The position numbers and the translations under genes were made by a program. A stretch of 64,000 bases of DNA from NCBI GenBank assembly GCA_028534125.1, contig CM052817.1:67830001-67894000 (forward strand). The letters are read 5' to 3'. The notes under the pieces were generated by a model, which saw nothing but the letters and a program-made list of their open reading frames with translations, was not told the DNA's origin and searched no databases. Origin of the DNA: Lama glama. Taxonomy: Eukaryota. Shown piece by piece: positions 1-12,400 of the stretch. The number at the start of each line of letters is the position of its first letter. The first letter of the stretch is position 1.

Positions 1-103
1 TAGAGAAGCAGAAGGAAGCAAGATGGCTGCCCTTTAGGATTTGTTAGAAAGGAGACCCGACTGCAACTGCTGGATTGCTGCAAGGCTGAGGGACGAGAAC
101 GAG
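1..103 (+). other. TET2: TET2 non-coding first exon (5'UTR; true 5' end may lie upstream of the window)
   Basis: Matches recalled TET2 leader; ends at donor GAG|GTCAGA (GT at 104-105). Confidence 0.9.
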
Positions 104-817
104 GTCAGAGCGCTTCTCTTATGCCGCGGAACTCCCCCTTTCCTCTCCCCTTCGCTTTCTCTCGGGCTTGCGGGGACTGGGGAGCAAAGCCTGCAGTGTC
201 ACCCACAAATACCAAGAGGGAAGAGGGAAGCTTCACAAATTACTGGAGCCTCTTCAACATGGCTGACAAATATAGTTTTAATTTCTCCCCCCCCCCAACT
301 TTAAACCTGTAGTTCTGTGTTCGCTTCTCTCTCCCGCTAATGCTCGTGTCTTCCTCACCCAGAAAACTTACCTTTGTGAGTCCGGCCGACCGCTTTCCCG
401 GCCTTTTATCCCCAGGAAAGTGATTTTTCTCTGCTTTCCTTTCTAAAATAGTTCAGCTTTGGGGGGCAAGACTTTTCCCTTGAATCTTCCCCACCCCCTC
501 TTCCTTCGTGGAAGGCGAACGAGCCTCTGGTCTGTCCTCACCCACCCCGGAAAGAACACTGACGGAGTGGTTGGTTTTCGACCCTTTTCTCCGCTGGGGG
601 TCTGGGTTTGGGTGTGCGTTTGCGTCCGCCCCTTTCTGCCCCGTGCCCCCTTTCCCGGGGGTGCGCTCCGCGAGTGTCACGCCGAGTGGAACTGGAGTCC
701 ACTCACTGGGGTTTTGTTTTTCCTGAAGTCCGCGCGTTTTGTTAGTGGTGCTGAGCGAGAGAGGAAAGAATAGTTTCTCTGGTTCCCCCAACAAGACCCG
801 AACCCACTTTTCTCCAG

Positions 818-941
818 GTACATCAGCTCTGCCATGGGCTGGCTGTACCTTCCAGCCTGGGGAATGCGTGTAGGAGAATTTGTGGGCAAGTCTGTGTCCT
901 GGCTTTGTGCGTCTCCCGAATCAGCTTCGTCGGGTTCCCCG
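818..941 (+). other. Candidate alternative (first or internal) TET2 5' exon
   Basis: Acceptor-like CTTTTCTCCAG ending at 817; consensus donor CCG|GTAAGT at 941/942; G-run cluster just downstream. Confidence 0.5.
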
Positions 942-3900
942 GTAAGTGACAGGCAGACACAAAGGCAGGCGCAGGCCGGGGGAGGGGGCGGGCGGGAGGA
1001 GGGGGAGCGTGGAGAGTTGGAAGACTGCAAGGTCAGGGGCGCCCAGAGAAATGAAACCCAATCCCAGCGAAGAAACGGAGAAGTAGAGAGCAGATTTCTA
1101 ACAGTCCCTTCCCAATTTCTCTTCTCTCTTGGCTCTTCTCTTTTCTTGGGTCTTTCATCTCTCTGCCGTTCTGTGTGTCCCTTTTCTCCTGGTCTTCCGC
1201 CGCGTTCTTCACACACACACTGGAGTCTTGCTGAATGTTTTTCATTGAGACTGCTTGTCTAGTGATAATTAAGCTAACAGTTTCTATGGAGAGTTTTCTA
1301 CCTATGACAAAATAAAGTATGGGCTGGGTAGACTTCTGGGAAGGTCGAATGTGAAATATGAGTGAAATTTACTGGGGGTTGCCCTCATGAAAGACTTTTA
1401 ATTGCATTGAGTGAGTTCCCCCGGCCCCCCACCCCCTTCGTGGATGTTTAGGAATTGAAGGGTCATTTTCCAGTTGCTTGCTTAAATTTATTGAGATATT
1501 TTTATACTTGTCACATCCTAAATTTAAAATCTCAACTCACATTGTGCTTTTCTCTCTCCAATCAGGGATAATAATGGCAAATCCAGATCCAAAAATATTC
1601 GCCAATAAATGGTCCAACATAAGAGTAAGATAGTATCTTAGGGGTAGTTGTAATGTACATAGAAAAGATACTGGGTTTGGTTTGGTTTAAGACTGGGGGT
1701 ATTGTTGCCTGGCTAATGAAATCATTATATTTGCATTTTAATGAAAAGTTGAAGTACTGGAGGGGAATTATAGCCTTTTCCCTGTTTACATGTGTCTTTC
1801 ATAATGGGTTTAAAGTAGAATATAAATTTCAACACAATACATACTGATTTTTTAAATATTATTAAGCAGAGAAGTATTAGTGGAGGATTGGAAAGTCAAA
1901 CTTAAGTTTTGAAGGCATGTGTGTGACTAAGAGATGGGCAGAGGGGAAAGCACAATAATGGACATTACTCCATAAATCAGAATTCCAAAACTGCTTGTTC
2001 TGTGTTCACTCTGTAACTTTCTATTTTGATCTCTGGGAAAGCAGTTACATTTACTTTAATTATTGATACTAAAGGTTATTTCACATGATTACAAGGGAGA
2101 CATATTACTCTTCTCTATGGAATAGAAACAGCTCATTTGGTCAGTTTTTATTTGTCCTAAAATAATAAAGAAAATAAGAGCTTGGCATTAATGCTTACTG
2201 TTTGTTGACAAAACTATGATTAATTATTCTAGCAATTCAAAATTTAAAATAATTCCTTTTGCTTGCGGTAGTAGCTAACTTTTGGGGGGAACTTTTCAAA
2301 TGTTGTATATACAACTGTTTTCAGGCTATTCAACTAATAATAGGTATAATATTTCCTACTCACATTGATAAATAAGAACACTACATTGTTTAAAAATTTT
2401 GATTGTGACCATGAAAGCTTGTTCTTTTCTGTCATTTAATTTAGACTTGTTTTATGCATTCTGTTTGTATTCTGAAAATAGTTGCTGATTAATATTGTAT
2501 GAGTGGCTTCAATGATTATAAGCAGGAGATGTGCATATTATTCACCAATCTGAGTAAGCACCACTTTCTCCTTTATTAGAAAAGAAATTATTTGAATCAT
2601 TATGAAATAGTTTACAATAAAAAATATCACCTTAGCTCTTCATTTACCATGTTTGTGATAGTAGTACCTGGATTCTCCAAAAACTTCAGGGCTTGAACTG
2701 TCTTGGGTAATTGAATTTTTAGGGGAGTGAGTGACAGTGGACAATAACTGGACAGTATTTCTTGGACTACAATATTGTTTTGCTTATTTTCTTACTGAAC
2801 TGATGGCTAGTGAGAAGTGAACTTGGAATGAGGGAAGTCTCTTGACTGTTTAAATTCACATGTTTAACAAACTCTTCTTAAGGCTCTAATTAGATCTGGC
2901 ATTGTGCTGGTCCATGCCAGGATCCAGAAGGATTGATACGATTTTTGATTCAATGGCATTTGGACTTACTTTGGCAGGTCAACATCACTTCCAGAGCAAG
3001 TGAAATGCACCTGCACAGACTTCCCAAGTCCTGTTTGGGCACTGGGCTTGTATTGGGTAACAAAGACTGGAGTTAATGTTTTGGTTTCACTTGTTGGAGT
3101 TAAAATGTCTCTATCAATTTCCCCTAGGCTCCACCCATACACAGTGTTGTAAGTCACATGTCACTATTGAAGTGTATTTCCTTATTTGCTGATCTCATTA
3201 AGAAGTTCTTCTTATGATTCACAGACACACCTGGCAGAAACTATTTTTCATTCTACCCCAAATCCAAGTTAGTAAACTTTTATGAATTCTTAAGAAATGA
3301 CCTTGAAATAAAACGTTCTCAAAAGCTGTGGATGTTTGACATCTAGGATGTCTAATACTTAGAAAATGTTAGATGTGCTTTTTTATGCTCTAATTGCTTC
3401 CACTGCAAGTTCAGTTGTTGTCCTTGTTGATGTTGCTGTTGTTTAGTAGAATTTAATAGTCTTACTGAGCTGTCTGAAATTACGAGAGGGAGTCTTCTTT
3501 GTTTCGTTAACAAGCATGTAGACTGTTCTACTGTAATTGTTTCCTGTCATGGGGACAGGTTAAAACTTTGGACCAGCTAACTGTCAGTGTTGGTTCACTG
3601 AAATAACATTTTCTGCACTATGATGACACCATTGCACAGTTGTCCTTAAGAGGAGTAGTGGCACCGAAGCCAGTAGCAGGAAGACATCTCACAAGCCAGC
3701 TTTACAATTGGAGTCTAAACTGTGGGAGAGTCGGGATGCCAAGTAGAGCTGGTGGTTATCTTAGACACTGTGCTGAAAAACACAGCCACAAATGATTTTG
3801 CCAAATATACAGTATTTACTTGGTCTAAATCTCCAATTTCTATTTTTGGGTCACTGCCAAAACTCCGTGAGTACTGTGACACCATTTAAGGAGGTTATAT

Positions 3901-4574
3901 AGTGCATCTGCTGGTTTGGTATGTAGTAGGAGAGAAGAGTTCTGGAAGAGGAGAGGGTAGAGCAGGAGACCTTGAATCACTGTGACTGCAAGCCAAGAAG
4001 ACTTGTATATATCTGCTTATTTCCAGCAGCATTTTGACCCTAGGTTGTACATTGCAGAAAATCTCTGATGTAAGGTAGATATATAATCTTTTCTCAGTAA
4101 AATGAATTTTGGTTGCCCATTCCAAAACAAAGTCCTATCAGCTTTGGCTTACGCTTTCTCCATTTGTCAGGACATGCAGTTAAATGTGCCAGGCTTTAAG
4201 AAGTATAAATAGATAGTAAGTGGATTTTCAATATTTTGTGTAAAAATTTCAGTGATAATGTCAACCTACCTGCAGTTTTAAGAATTTGGATATTTCATGC
4301 TTAGTAAGGGTTGTTCCTCAAACTGAGTTGAAATCAAGCTCCAAATAATCTGAGAATTAAGATAAGTAAATTGGGATGAGGTGTTTTTGAAGGATATTTT
4401 AAGACATAAAATAAACTGGTTTATTCACTAAAAATACTATAAATGTTTCTTTTAAATTAGATTTATGTCTATTGAAAGGAAGGTACTGATTTCTATGTCC
4501 TTTCAGTCTAATAGAATCTAGTGTACTATTCAGTCAAGATTTACTAAACTGGAGGTCCAGGGTGGAGGTAAAAG

Positions 4575-4841
4575 TGGTCAAAGGGTACAAACTTCCAGTT
4601 ATAAAAAGCGTGAGTTCTGGGTTGTAATGCATAGCAGGGTGACTATAATTAGCAATACTGTGTTATATATTTGAAAGTTGCTAAGAGTATTTTCACCACA
4701 CACACGAAGTCATAACTCTATGAGGTCATGGATGTAACTAACCTTATTGTAGTAATAATATCCCAATATATAGCTATAACAAATCATCACATTGTATGCC
4801 TTAAATTTACACAATGTTATAACTTAATTACTCTCAATAAG
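4575..4841 (+). mobile_element. LINE-1 3'-end fragment (L1MA-like)
   Basis: Typical L1 3'UTR text: GGTCAAAGGGTACAAACTTCCAGTTATAA...TTGAAAGTTGCTAAGAG...CCTTAAATTTACACAATGTTATA...CTCAATAA. Confidence 0.8.
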
Positions 4842-5105
4842 AGTACGGGGCAGTTTGCCTTAATGAATGACGTAGAAGTAGAAAAAAAGTCATTAAATTA
4901 GAAAATGTGTAATCTATTCTCAGTGCATCAGAGAAAAATAATGTAAACAGTTGGTGCTAGTGATGATGGTAGTAAGGATGGTGCTTTTTCCTTAAATGTA
5001 ACTTCTACTGGCTACAGCAGTTGTCCCATAAAAGCGATCTGTTGTAAGCATACAGTTTAATGATTTTTAATAAGTTTATATTGGGATAACCTATTTTTCA
5101 TTGAA

Positions 5106-5330
5106 ATTTTATTGAGTTGGTTGTAGATTCACGTACAGTTGTACGAAATAACTAGCCATGTACATTCAGCCCAGTTTTTCCCAGTGGTAACATTTTGCAA
5201 AACTATAGTATCATATCACAATCAGGAGACAGACATTGATGCAGTCTACCAATCTTACTCAGATCTCCCCAGTCTGACCTGTACATTTGTGTATGTGTAT
5301 ATTCAGTTCTGTATCTTTATCACATGATTA
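5106..5330 (-). mobile_element. Old LINE-1 3'-end fragment (L1MB/MC-like)
   Basis: Antisense L1 3' text: GTAGATTCAC...AGTTGTA...CCCAGTGGTAACATTTTGCAAAACTATAGTA. Confidence 0.65.
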
Positions 5331-5529
5331 GATCATTTAAAGCCTTTTCTCCTGAAAACAGAAAAGTTTTAGTTCTACTTCATTAATTACGTGATTGTGC
5401 TACCAGGCCTTATCAAAATGTGCATCAGGATATAGGTTTTTGTATACTCAAAATTTTTTTTGCTTAAAATGACCTCTGCATTAAAAATATTTTAAGTCAT
5501 TTTAATGTTTTATGACATTGTAAGTTAAG

Positions 5530-5710
5530 TCATTTCTCATCACAACTCTAGAGGTAGGTAGTATTATTATTGCCGTCTCTGGCAAGGAAATTAAAACACA
5601 GTGATATTAAATAACTTGGCCAAGTTCACACAGCCAGGACATGGCTTAGCTAGGATTTGAATTTAGGCAGTCTGTCTCAAGAGCCAGTCTTTTAACCACT
5701 ATGCTATACC
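5530..5710 (-). mobile_element. MIR SINE
   Basis: MIR core: AAATAACTTGGCCAAGTTCACACAGCCAG...GGATTTGAA...AGGCAGTCTG...TTAACCACTATGCTATA. Confidence 0.8.
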
Positions 5711-8700
5711 ACCTCATTATCATTAATAATAAAAGTGTAGCTACAATCTAGGCTATGTGGGGAAAGTCATAAAAGGAGACTTAAAATGCTTACAGTTGTC
5801 TACACAGAAACTTGTACCTGAATATTCATAGCAGCATTATTAACAATATAGATGTAAAATAGAGTTGAGAAAGAAATTGGTCTGCAGCAGTCTCTGTGAT
5901 GCCAAGATAAAGTGGGAAAAAGTTAGGGTCAGAATGTTGATGGTCCTCCAGTTTTGCTACACATAGCTACAGTCTTTAGAAGCACCAGCAGAATTTTTTT
6001 ACAGACTATTAATGGTAAGAGGATGCAGATTTTTAGGACTAGCCTCTATGCAATTAGGATGTATAATTTTGGACACACAGGGTGAATTAATTGGGGTTGG
6101 TTTTATTTGAATTTCTAACTGTATTTCTAGATACCAAACATTCTTCTTGTCGAGCAGTACTTCGCTCCCTTTTATTCTGATGAGAATACTGGGTTGCTGC
6201 CAGTTGGACCCCATAGCTTGGCATCATGACTAGTGACAGGGTAGGGGAGAGCCAATGATCTTGAAGCCTTCCGTTTTAATAATGTATAATGTATTATTGT
6301 ACTCAGTAAGGACATGTCTTAGCTTCATGTAATTGCTGTAATCATTACTTTCGCAAGGAATAGCTACAGAAGTGACCCAGAATTCTACCTTTTAAGAGTA
6401 TGATTATAGCATTACTTGTAGGTTTGTTGTATATTGGTGACAGATAGGCCCAAGTTAGAGACTTACGTTAGAACCTGTAGCCCATCAAGAAATTGATGTA
6501 GTGATTGTTATGCAAAGCAATAAGGTAAAATATAGGTCTGGTCTTTCTTATGGGAGAAATCAGTAGCTTACTTGTTTTTTATCTTTTGTTTCTTGTAACA
6601 CTTTTTGAACCACCTCAGCTGATAATAGATTTTTATACTAGTATCTCCATCATATCAGAAAATCGTTCACTGAATTTGAGTATAGTTTTCCATCTTTGCT
6701 TTTTTTTAATGCACTTCTAAAACTTGTAAGCCTTTTCAAACAAAGTAGGGATATTTTGATTTGTTTACATTTTTAGCTTTGCTTTTTATAAATAATTACT
6801 ATGAAAGATACACTGTATTCAAAAGAAAAACAGCAGGCTGTGAATTTTTGCTGGTGGACTGTTCTCTGCAGAGAGCAGAATTGCCCATGGTCAGGCATAG
6901 AACACAGCTCTCCCATGAATGTATGCCATAGTATTGATGCTTTTCATTTTCTATTTTGACTATTTTGAGATTTGTCACAAACTTGTGGATGTCACAAATG
7001 ATTATTTTAATTACTTCTGTCATGCCTCATTAGCCATCGCTAAAACCTGCCTTATCAAGTCACTTATTTTCTTGATAGAATATTAAACTGAATTTCTGTG
7101 CTCCAATTACACTAATGGAAACTATTCACCCAACTTTCAAGATGGGTTTTATTGCCATATTTCTCCTCAAATTGATATATTTTGTGTCTTGCAATGTAAA
7201 GGGAAAAAAGCTTAATATTAGTGAAGCTCAGAGGATAGAGGTCCACCTGCGAGTTATTTCTCCTGTTTTTCTTTCCTGTCTGCATTGAGAAACAAGGGCA
7301 CCCATTTAAAAAAAAAACCCTTAATTATTAGTTGTACTGATTCTAAAGTAAAGCACCAGAATCTGAAAATAATACAATGATACCACACCCAGATTCCATC
7401 CCTGACATACTGTCTTGTTCCTATTAATTTATTTTTTAATTTGTTTGTTCTTTCAGCACTTTTCCCATTTTTGTTTGAAGTCTCTTACTTTGAAGTTATA
7501 GAATTTTCATATTTGCCATTAGCTGTAAAGTGTTGTCAGCTCTTTTATAACCTTTCATGATTTTTGCATTAAAAGGATTGCTTTTGGACACCCACTAATT
7601 AGTTTGGATGATTATTAGCTTTTTGTTTTACTGCATACGTCAGAACAAGAAACCACTTCTGCAAATAAAGTGCTTGATAGTTCATGAAATTAAAGTGAGC
7701 ATCTTAAAAAGTGAATTCAGTTATTGAAACACTTCTTCACTTATTCATATGTTCATGTATCAAACATAACTGAAAAAAGGAAAAATACTATACGTGGATA
7801 CCTTTCAAACATGAGGGAAGACCACACAGTGATGTATGTCAATTATTTCTCAGTAAAACTGGAAAAATAAAAGACATGTGAGAAGAACAAATCTTCCATC
7901 CTAAAAATACCACATAAATTTTTTTTTAATTAAAAAGAGGAGCAGGTCCATTTCAGTAAAAGCACATATTTTAAATTTTGCATTCTAGATTTAATCTATA
8001 TTCCTATCCAGCCACCTAAATGGTTATTTTTTTTTCTGTTATGAAGTTATGGTATATGTAATTGAAATTTTTAAAACTGTAATTTAATTTTGGAATTCTC
8101 TACTGTATTATAGAGTGAAGGAAAACATTGGCAGAAAATGAAGTAGACATTTTGCTAATAGCTTACCTTTAAAAATGACTATGATTTAATTGTGCTTCTA
8201 TTAGAGATCAAAATTGGAAAGAACATTTGGTTAACTTTGGGAGCTAAATTTTCAGAATTTTGAAACTTAACCTGCTTACTCTTAAATGTGATTCTTTTCA
8301 AGTAGGAAATTTTATAGACATCAACTAATATATAATTTAAAAACATTTTTATCAGGTGTGTAAAAGATACAGGATATGGCATTTTAAAGGACAGAAAAAT
8401 GAGATTTTGTTGAAGTCAAAGGTATTTTCAAAAACAAGTTTAATTTACTACTGACAGTTTTGCATCAGTATTTTTTCATTGTTATAATTTGTCATGCTTC
8501 AATTAATCTTGAAGATTATGGGAAACTTTCCAGATTTAGGGGTAAAATACTCAGTTGTTAACATTGTCATCTTCAATATTGGTAAAAATTTCCTCCTTAA
8601 GGAATGGAGTTTACTTACTTTCTGTTAATAAACCCATGGTAAGAGATACAATGAATGTAGATGGGGGTGAAATTTAAAATAAGGAGACAGGTAAAATACT

Positions 8701-9179
8701 AAATTATGTTTCTGTTCACTCAGACGCAGCCATTGGATACTCTGCTGAAAGGATCATACCGTAATTTTATTTGGATGTAGACTGTTACTTTGCAAACAAT
8801 TTGCCTATTTAGTGTACTTCTAGTGGTTGTATAATCCTCTCTCATAGTATTCCCATAGGCACTGAAGTAAATGAACAAAGAAAAAGAGAAGCCTTAGGAT
8901 GAGAATGGTAGAACGTGCATTTAGAATGCATTGTTTTGGTTACAAAACTTGCCCTAAATTTACCTAGGCAGGGCAGTTAATTTTGATTCTGTTCTCAGGT
9001 CAGGAGCTACTGAAAGAAGGAAAGAAATATGATGGAGCTTGGTTATTTCCTCCAGCTCTTCCCACTAATTTTTTTATTTGTGGTGTCTGGGGAGGGGATG
9101 GGGAGTGGGACAAGGAAAAAAAATCTCGCTTAGGGAAAATTTCTCGACATCCACATGCTCTTTTTTAGGACCAAAGAAA

Positions 9180-9460
9180 AATAGGAGGTTTCTCTTTGGA
9201 GCCTGTTGACACTTTCTCGCCTTCCGATTACACGCGGCCACATCAACATTTGACACGTGGGTACCATGCGCATGGCAGTGCTATTTACAAACACCATCCT
9301 GGGATTCCAGAGACTCTTATGTAACAGCTGAGAGTACAGGCTTTGTGTGTCCGTGGGCACGGGCGCAGAGGAATCAAACAGTTTAATTCATAGTCAGGGA
9401 GTCCTTGTCTGGCTCCGATGAGGTCATGAACCAGAGATCAAGATGTTTAGGTCAGGATCT
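9180..9460. promoter_or_regulatory. Candidate intronic enhancer with nuclear-receptor (RARE-like) element
   Basis: Non-repetitive, CpG-retaining patch with CACGTG, CCATGCGCATGG, TATTTACA, TTATGTAA and AGGTCA-TGAACC motifs; function inferred. Confidence 0.55.
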
Positions 9461-12400
9461 GCCCCATATGCAGTTTTCCTACCAAAGCCTCAGAGACTGT
9501 GCCTTAATATAGGATTAATGTTTCATTTCCCTCCTGCAGAAAAACAGAACCAGTTATGTCAGACTTTTTTTTTTGTGATTTTGGGAAATGTGGGCAAATT
9601 GTGCCTTGGTTCTGTTTGTAATTTATGGTGCACTTGTCCCTGCTGCCCAGCCTCACAAATGCTTTTTTAAAAAAATGTGTTTTCTTATTTGTAAACACCT
9701 TCAGATGCAAGAGAATTCATTAACTGACTTGCCCAACTAGACTCTCTGACCACAGAATACTCAAAATTATCATTTGATCATCCTCCATACCCAGTCCTGT
9801 TCTGCCTGTCCCCATCCCTCCCCACCTTCCTTTTCAGTTCCCCATCACCACACCTCCCTCAACCCTCCTCCATTTTTAATTACATATTAAGGATTGGTGG
9901 GTTTTTTTTAATTAAATATCTATTTTTAGGGACTTGTTCTTCCTTTCCCAGATTGATTTTAAGAGTTTTCATTTATATTTATCATTTTTTATAAAAAGTC
10001 TCATTTTAAAAAAAACACCATGAATTTAAATATCTAATCCTGTGTACATCTGGTGTATGTTTCCTGATGCTTTTTTTCATTGTTAATTGTAAGCTGACTG
10101 ATTGGAATATTTATAATATGAACAAATTTTGAGTTCTTTTTGTATCGCATTTTAGGGTCATTTTGGACGGATGTCATCATTGATTATCCAAAAATGGAAC
10201 CCTTCTTGCCTAACAAAGAATTGAAATTAGATCATCAAAAATGAACTTGTAGCGAATCAAAAAGTTGGCCTGTTTGAACTCTTCTTTCATAGAATATATT
10301 TTTTCCTAATTACACTATCTTATACTAGAGGAAAGATCAGAATCTTTGAAATATGGTACTGTAAATGGAAGGAATTTGTTTAACTTTTAAAAATAAAGGA
10401 TTTCTTCCCCTAAGAGATAAACCAAACACCAAGTAATGTTTTGTATAAGAGAAATTTAGATCTGGAATAATTTAGAGATTATCTGTCCAAATCTATTATT
10501 TATATATGAGGCTTAGAAATTAAGTTTTAGCTGTTTAACGTTTGAATCTGTTCCCTTTTAGAAGAAATTATCAAAACAGTGACCTATTTAACCAACACAA
10601 TGAAATCTGAGGATAGGCATTTTTCATCTTTCTTGCTGAGTAAAAGTTCCTTCTGAATCTGAAAAGATATAACTTATTTAGTGGTTATTGGCTATCAATT
10701 GTACTTTTCTAATATGTTGAATTAAGATATGGTGAAAAGAGATTATAAGCTAAAAGAATTGTTTTCATTTGTTTATTTGCATGCTTTTCATTGTTTTGGC
10801 CTGAAGATGATGTATTTATCTTAATTACCCTAGACCCCAAATAGTGAGAGTTTGTGTGAAATTACTTTCCTACTAAGGGCAGTGCCATATCTGAATGCTT
10901 TTGAGCTTTCACAGGGTTGATCTTATCCTTTATTAGAACATTAATATTTTCCCCTCTTCTTATATACGTTTATTGGACAGTAAGTCATGTATGCTTACAA
11001 GCTGAAAGTGCTCAGAATTTGATAAAGGCTATAAATTAATGCAGTTCTGCCAAGAAAGGGCTTAAATCTAACTTTGTTTGACTAGACTTTTGTTTTACCT
11101 GAAGTGGCAAGCATTCAGTAAACATCGATTTATTCAGTAGTTGGGCTTCCTTCATAAAGATGAGACTGACTCACAGTTGTCTCTATTATAGCAAAATGAT
11201 CGATTAATGTGCAGACATGGATCAAGAACCAATGTGGAAATTTTAGGTTGTTTTCTCTTTCCAACTACCGTTGAGAGCGTGTATGAGTGAGCATTTGTGT
11301 GTGCACCCTCATTCAGTTTTGGACTTTTAATATATGAGTTAAATCCTTAGGTAGAAATGGTTAAATATTAAACAAACCATAGTAAAATTGTCTGTGAATA
11401 TAAAATGAAAAAATACTAATGTGATGCATTTTTCCAAATATCACGAAGGTGCACATGAAGGGTCTTTTATATAAACTTATATGGTTCCTTTAGAAGACTG
11501 TTGAAGAGTCACATAGGCACTCGCACATAAAAACAAATGGCTCGTTTGGTGATGTTAAGATTGGCGCCAGGGTGTTCCCTCTTGTGTAGGAGTTCCGGGT
11601 CATCCTGATGCCTTCCCATGTGTCAAGCGCACATGGCTTTAATGTTTACACACACGAGTCCAGAGTTCTGAACACTAGTGATGTAACAGTGGGGGAAGGG
11701 GCGGTCTGTATCTCACAAACTGTTTAATGACCTGGGTCATGAATACCGATAGAGAATAAGAAAGCACTCATTGTAGTAAAACTTGCCTGGAGGGAAAACA
11801 GTGGATGCTTAAAGGGGGCTTTTCCCCAACCTCCCACATTGTTTATTTTAAACTATGATTACCACCCGAAAGGAGCTTTCTACTTTGAACTTAAAATAGT
11901 AGCTTTTAACTCGGACAAGTGAGTAAGCACTTTGGTATCCAAGGACTGAAGGTGACGAAGCTCTAAAAAGTGTCACTCTCTTTCATAACCAAGCTGACTC
12001 AGACTCTTTTAGAAGCTATTATGGCAACTTACCCATCTCTAATAAAATGACTAACTACATACCTGCATGGGAACAGACAATTGGAGTTAGAGCTACCATT
12101 TTCTCTGGTTTTGAAAAATTGTTTCTCATCTATTATTTCTATTTGTGAAAATATGCCATTCCTACTACATATAGAACTGCTTTTCAAAATCACTGGGTAT
12201 GTTTGTATGGAACTACTTTAAGAGGCTTTATCTACAATACATGGGGGAAACCCCCTCTTATCTGGTACAATCATGATAAAGGGTGAAAAAAGGTAAGTGA
12301 TAATTTTGGAAAATATATACTAGTAAGGTAGTGGTCTTCATACAACTAAATACCAAGCAACTGTATTTAAACATGGAAAAGTGTCTAAAAGGGTGGAAAC

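Larger units (their letters stand above)
1..1210. promoter_or_regulatory. CpG-rich promoter-proximal region of TET2
   Basis: Visibly GC- and CpG-rich versus the AT-rich, CpG-depleted sequence after ~1.3 kb; YY1-like motifs CAAGATGGCTGC (19-30) and CAACATGGCTG (255-265); GC-box-like GGGGCGGG near 985-992. Confidence 0.85.

Noticed and set aside
41..1262. Multiple overlapping 63-179 aa ORFs in the promoter region
   Set aside because: Expected in GC-rich, stop-poor DNA; low-complexity products, no recognisable domain, and some run through splice donors. Only the spliced 834-941 portion is kept as a hypothesis.
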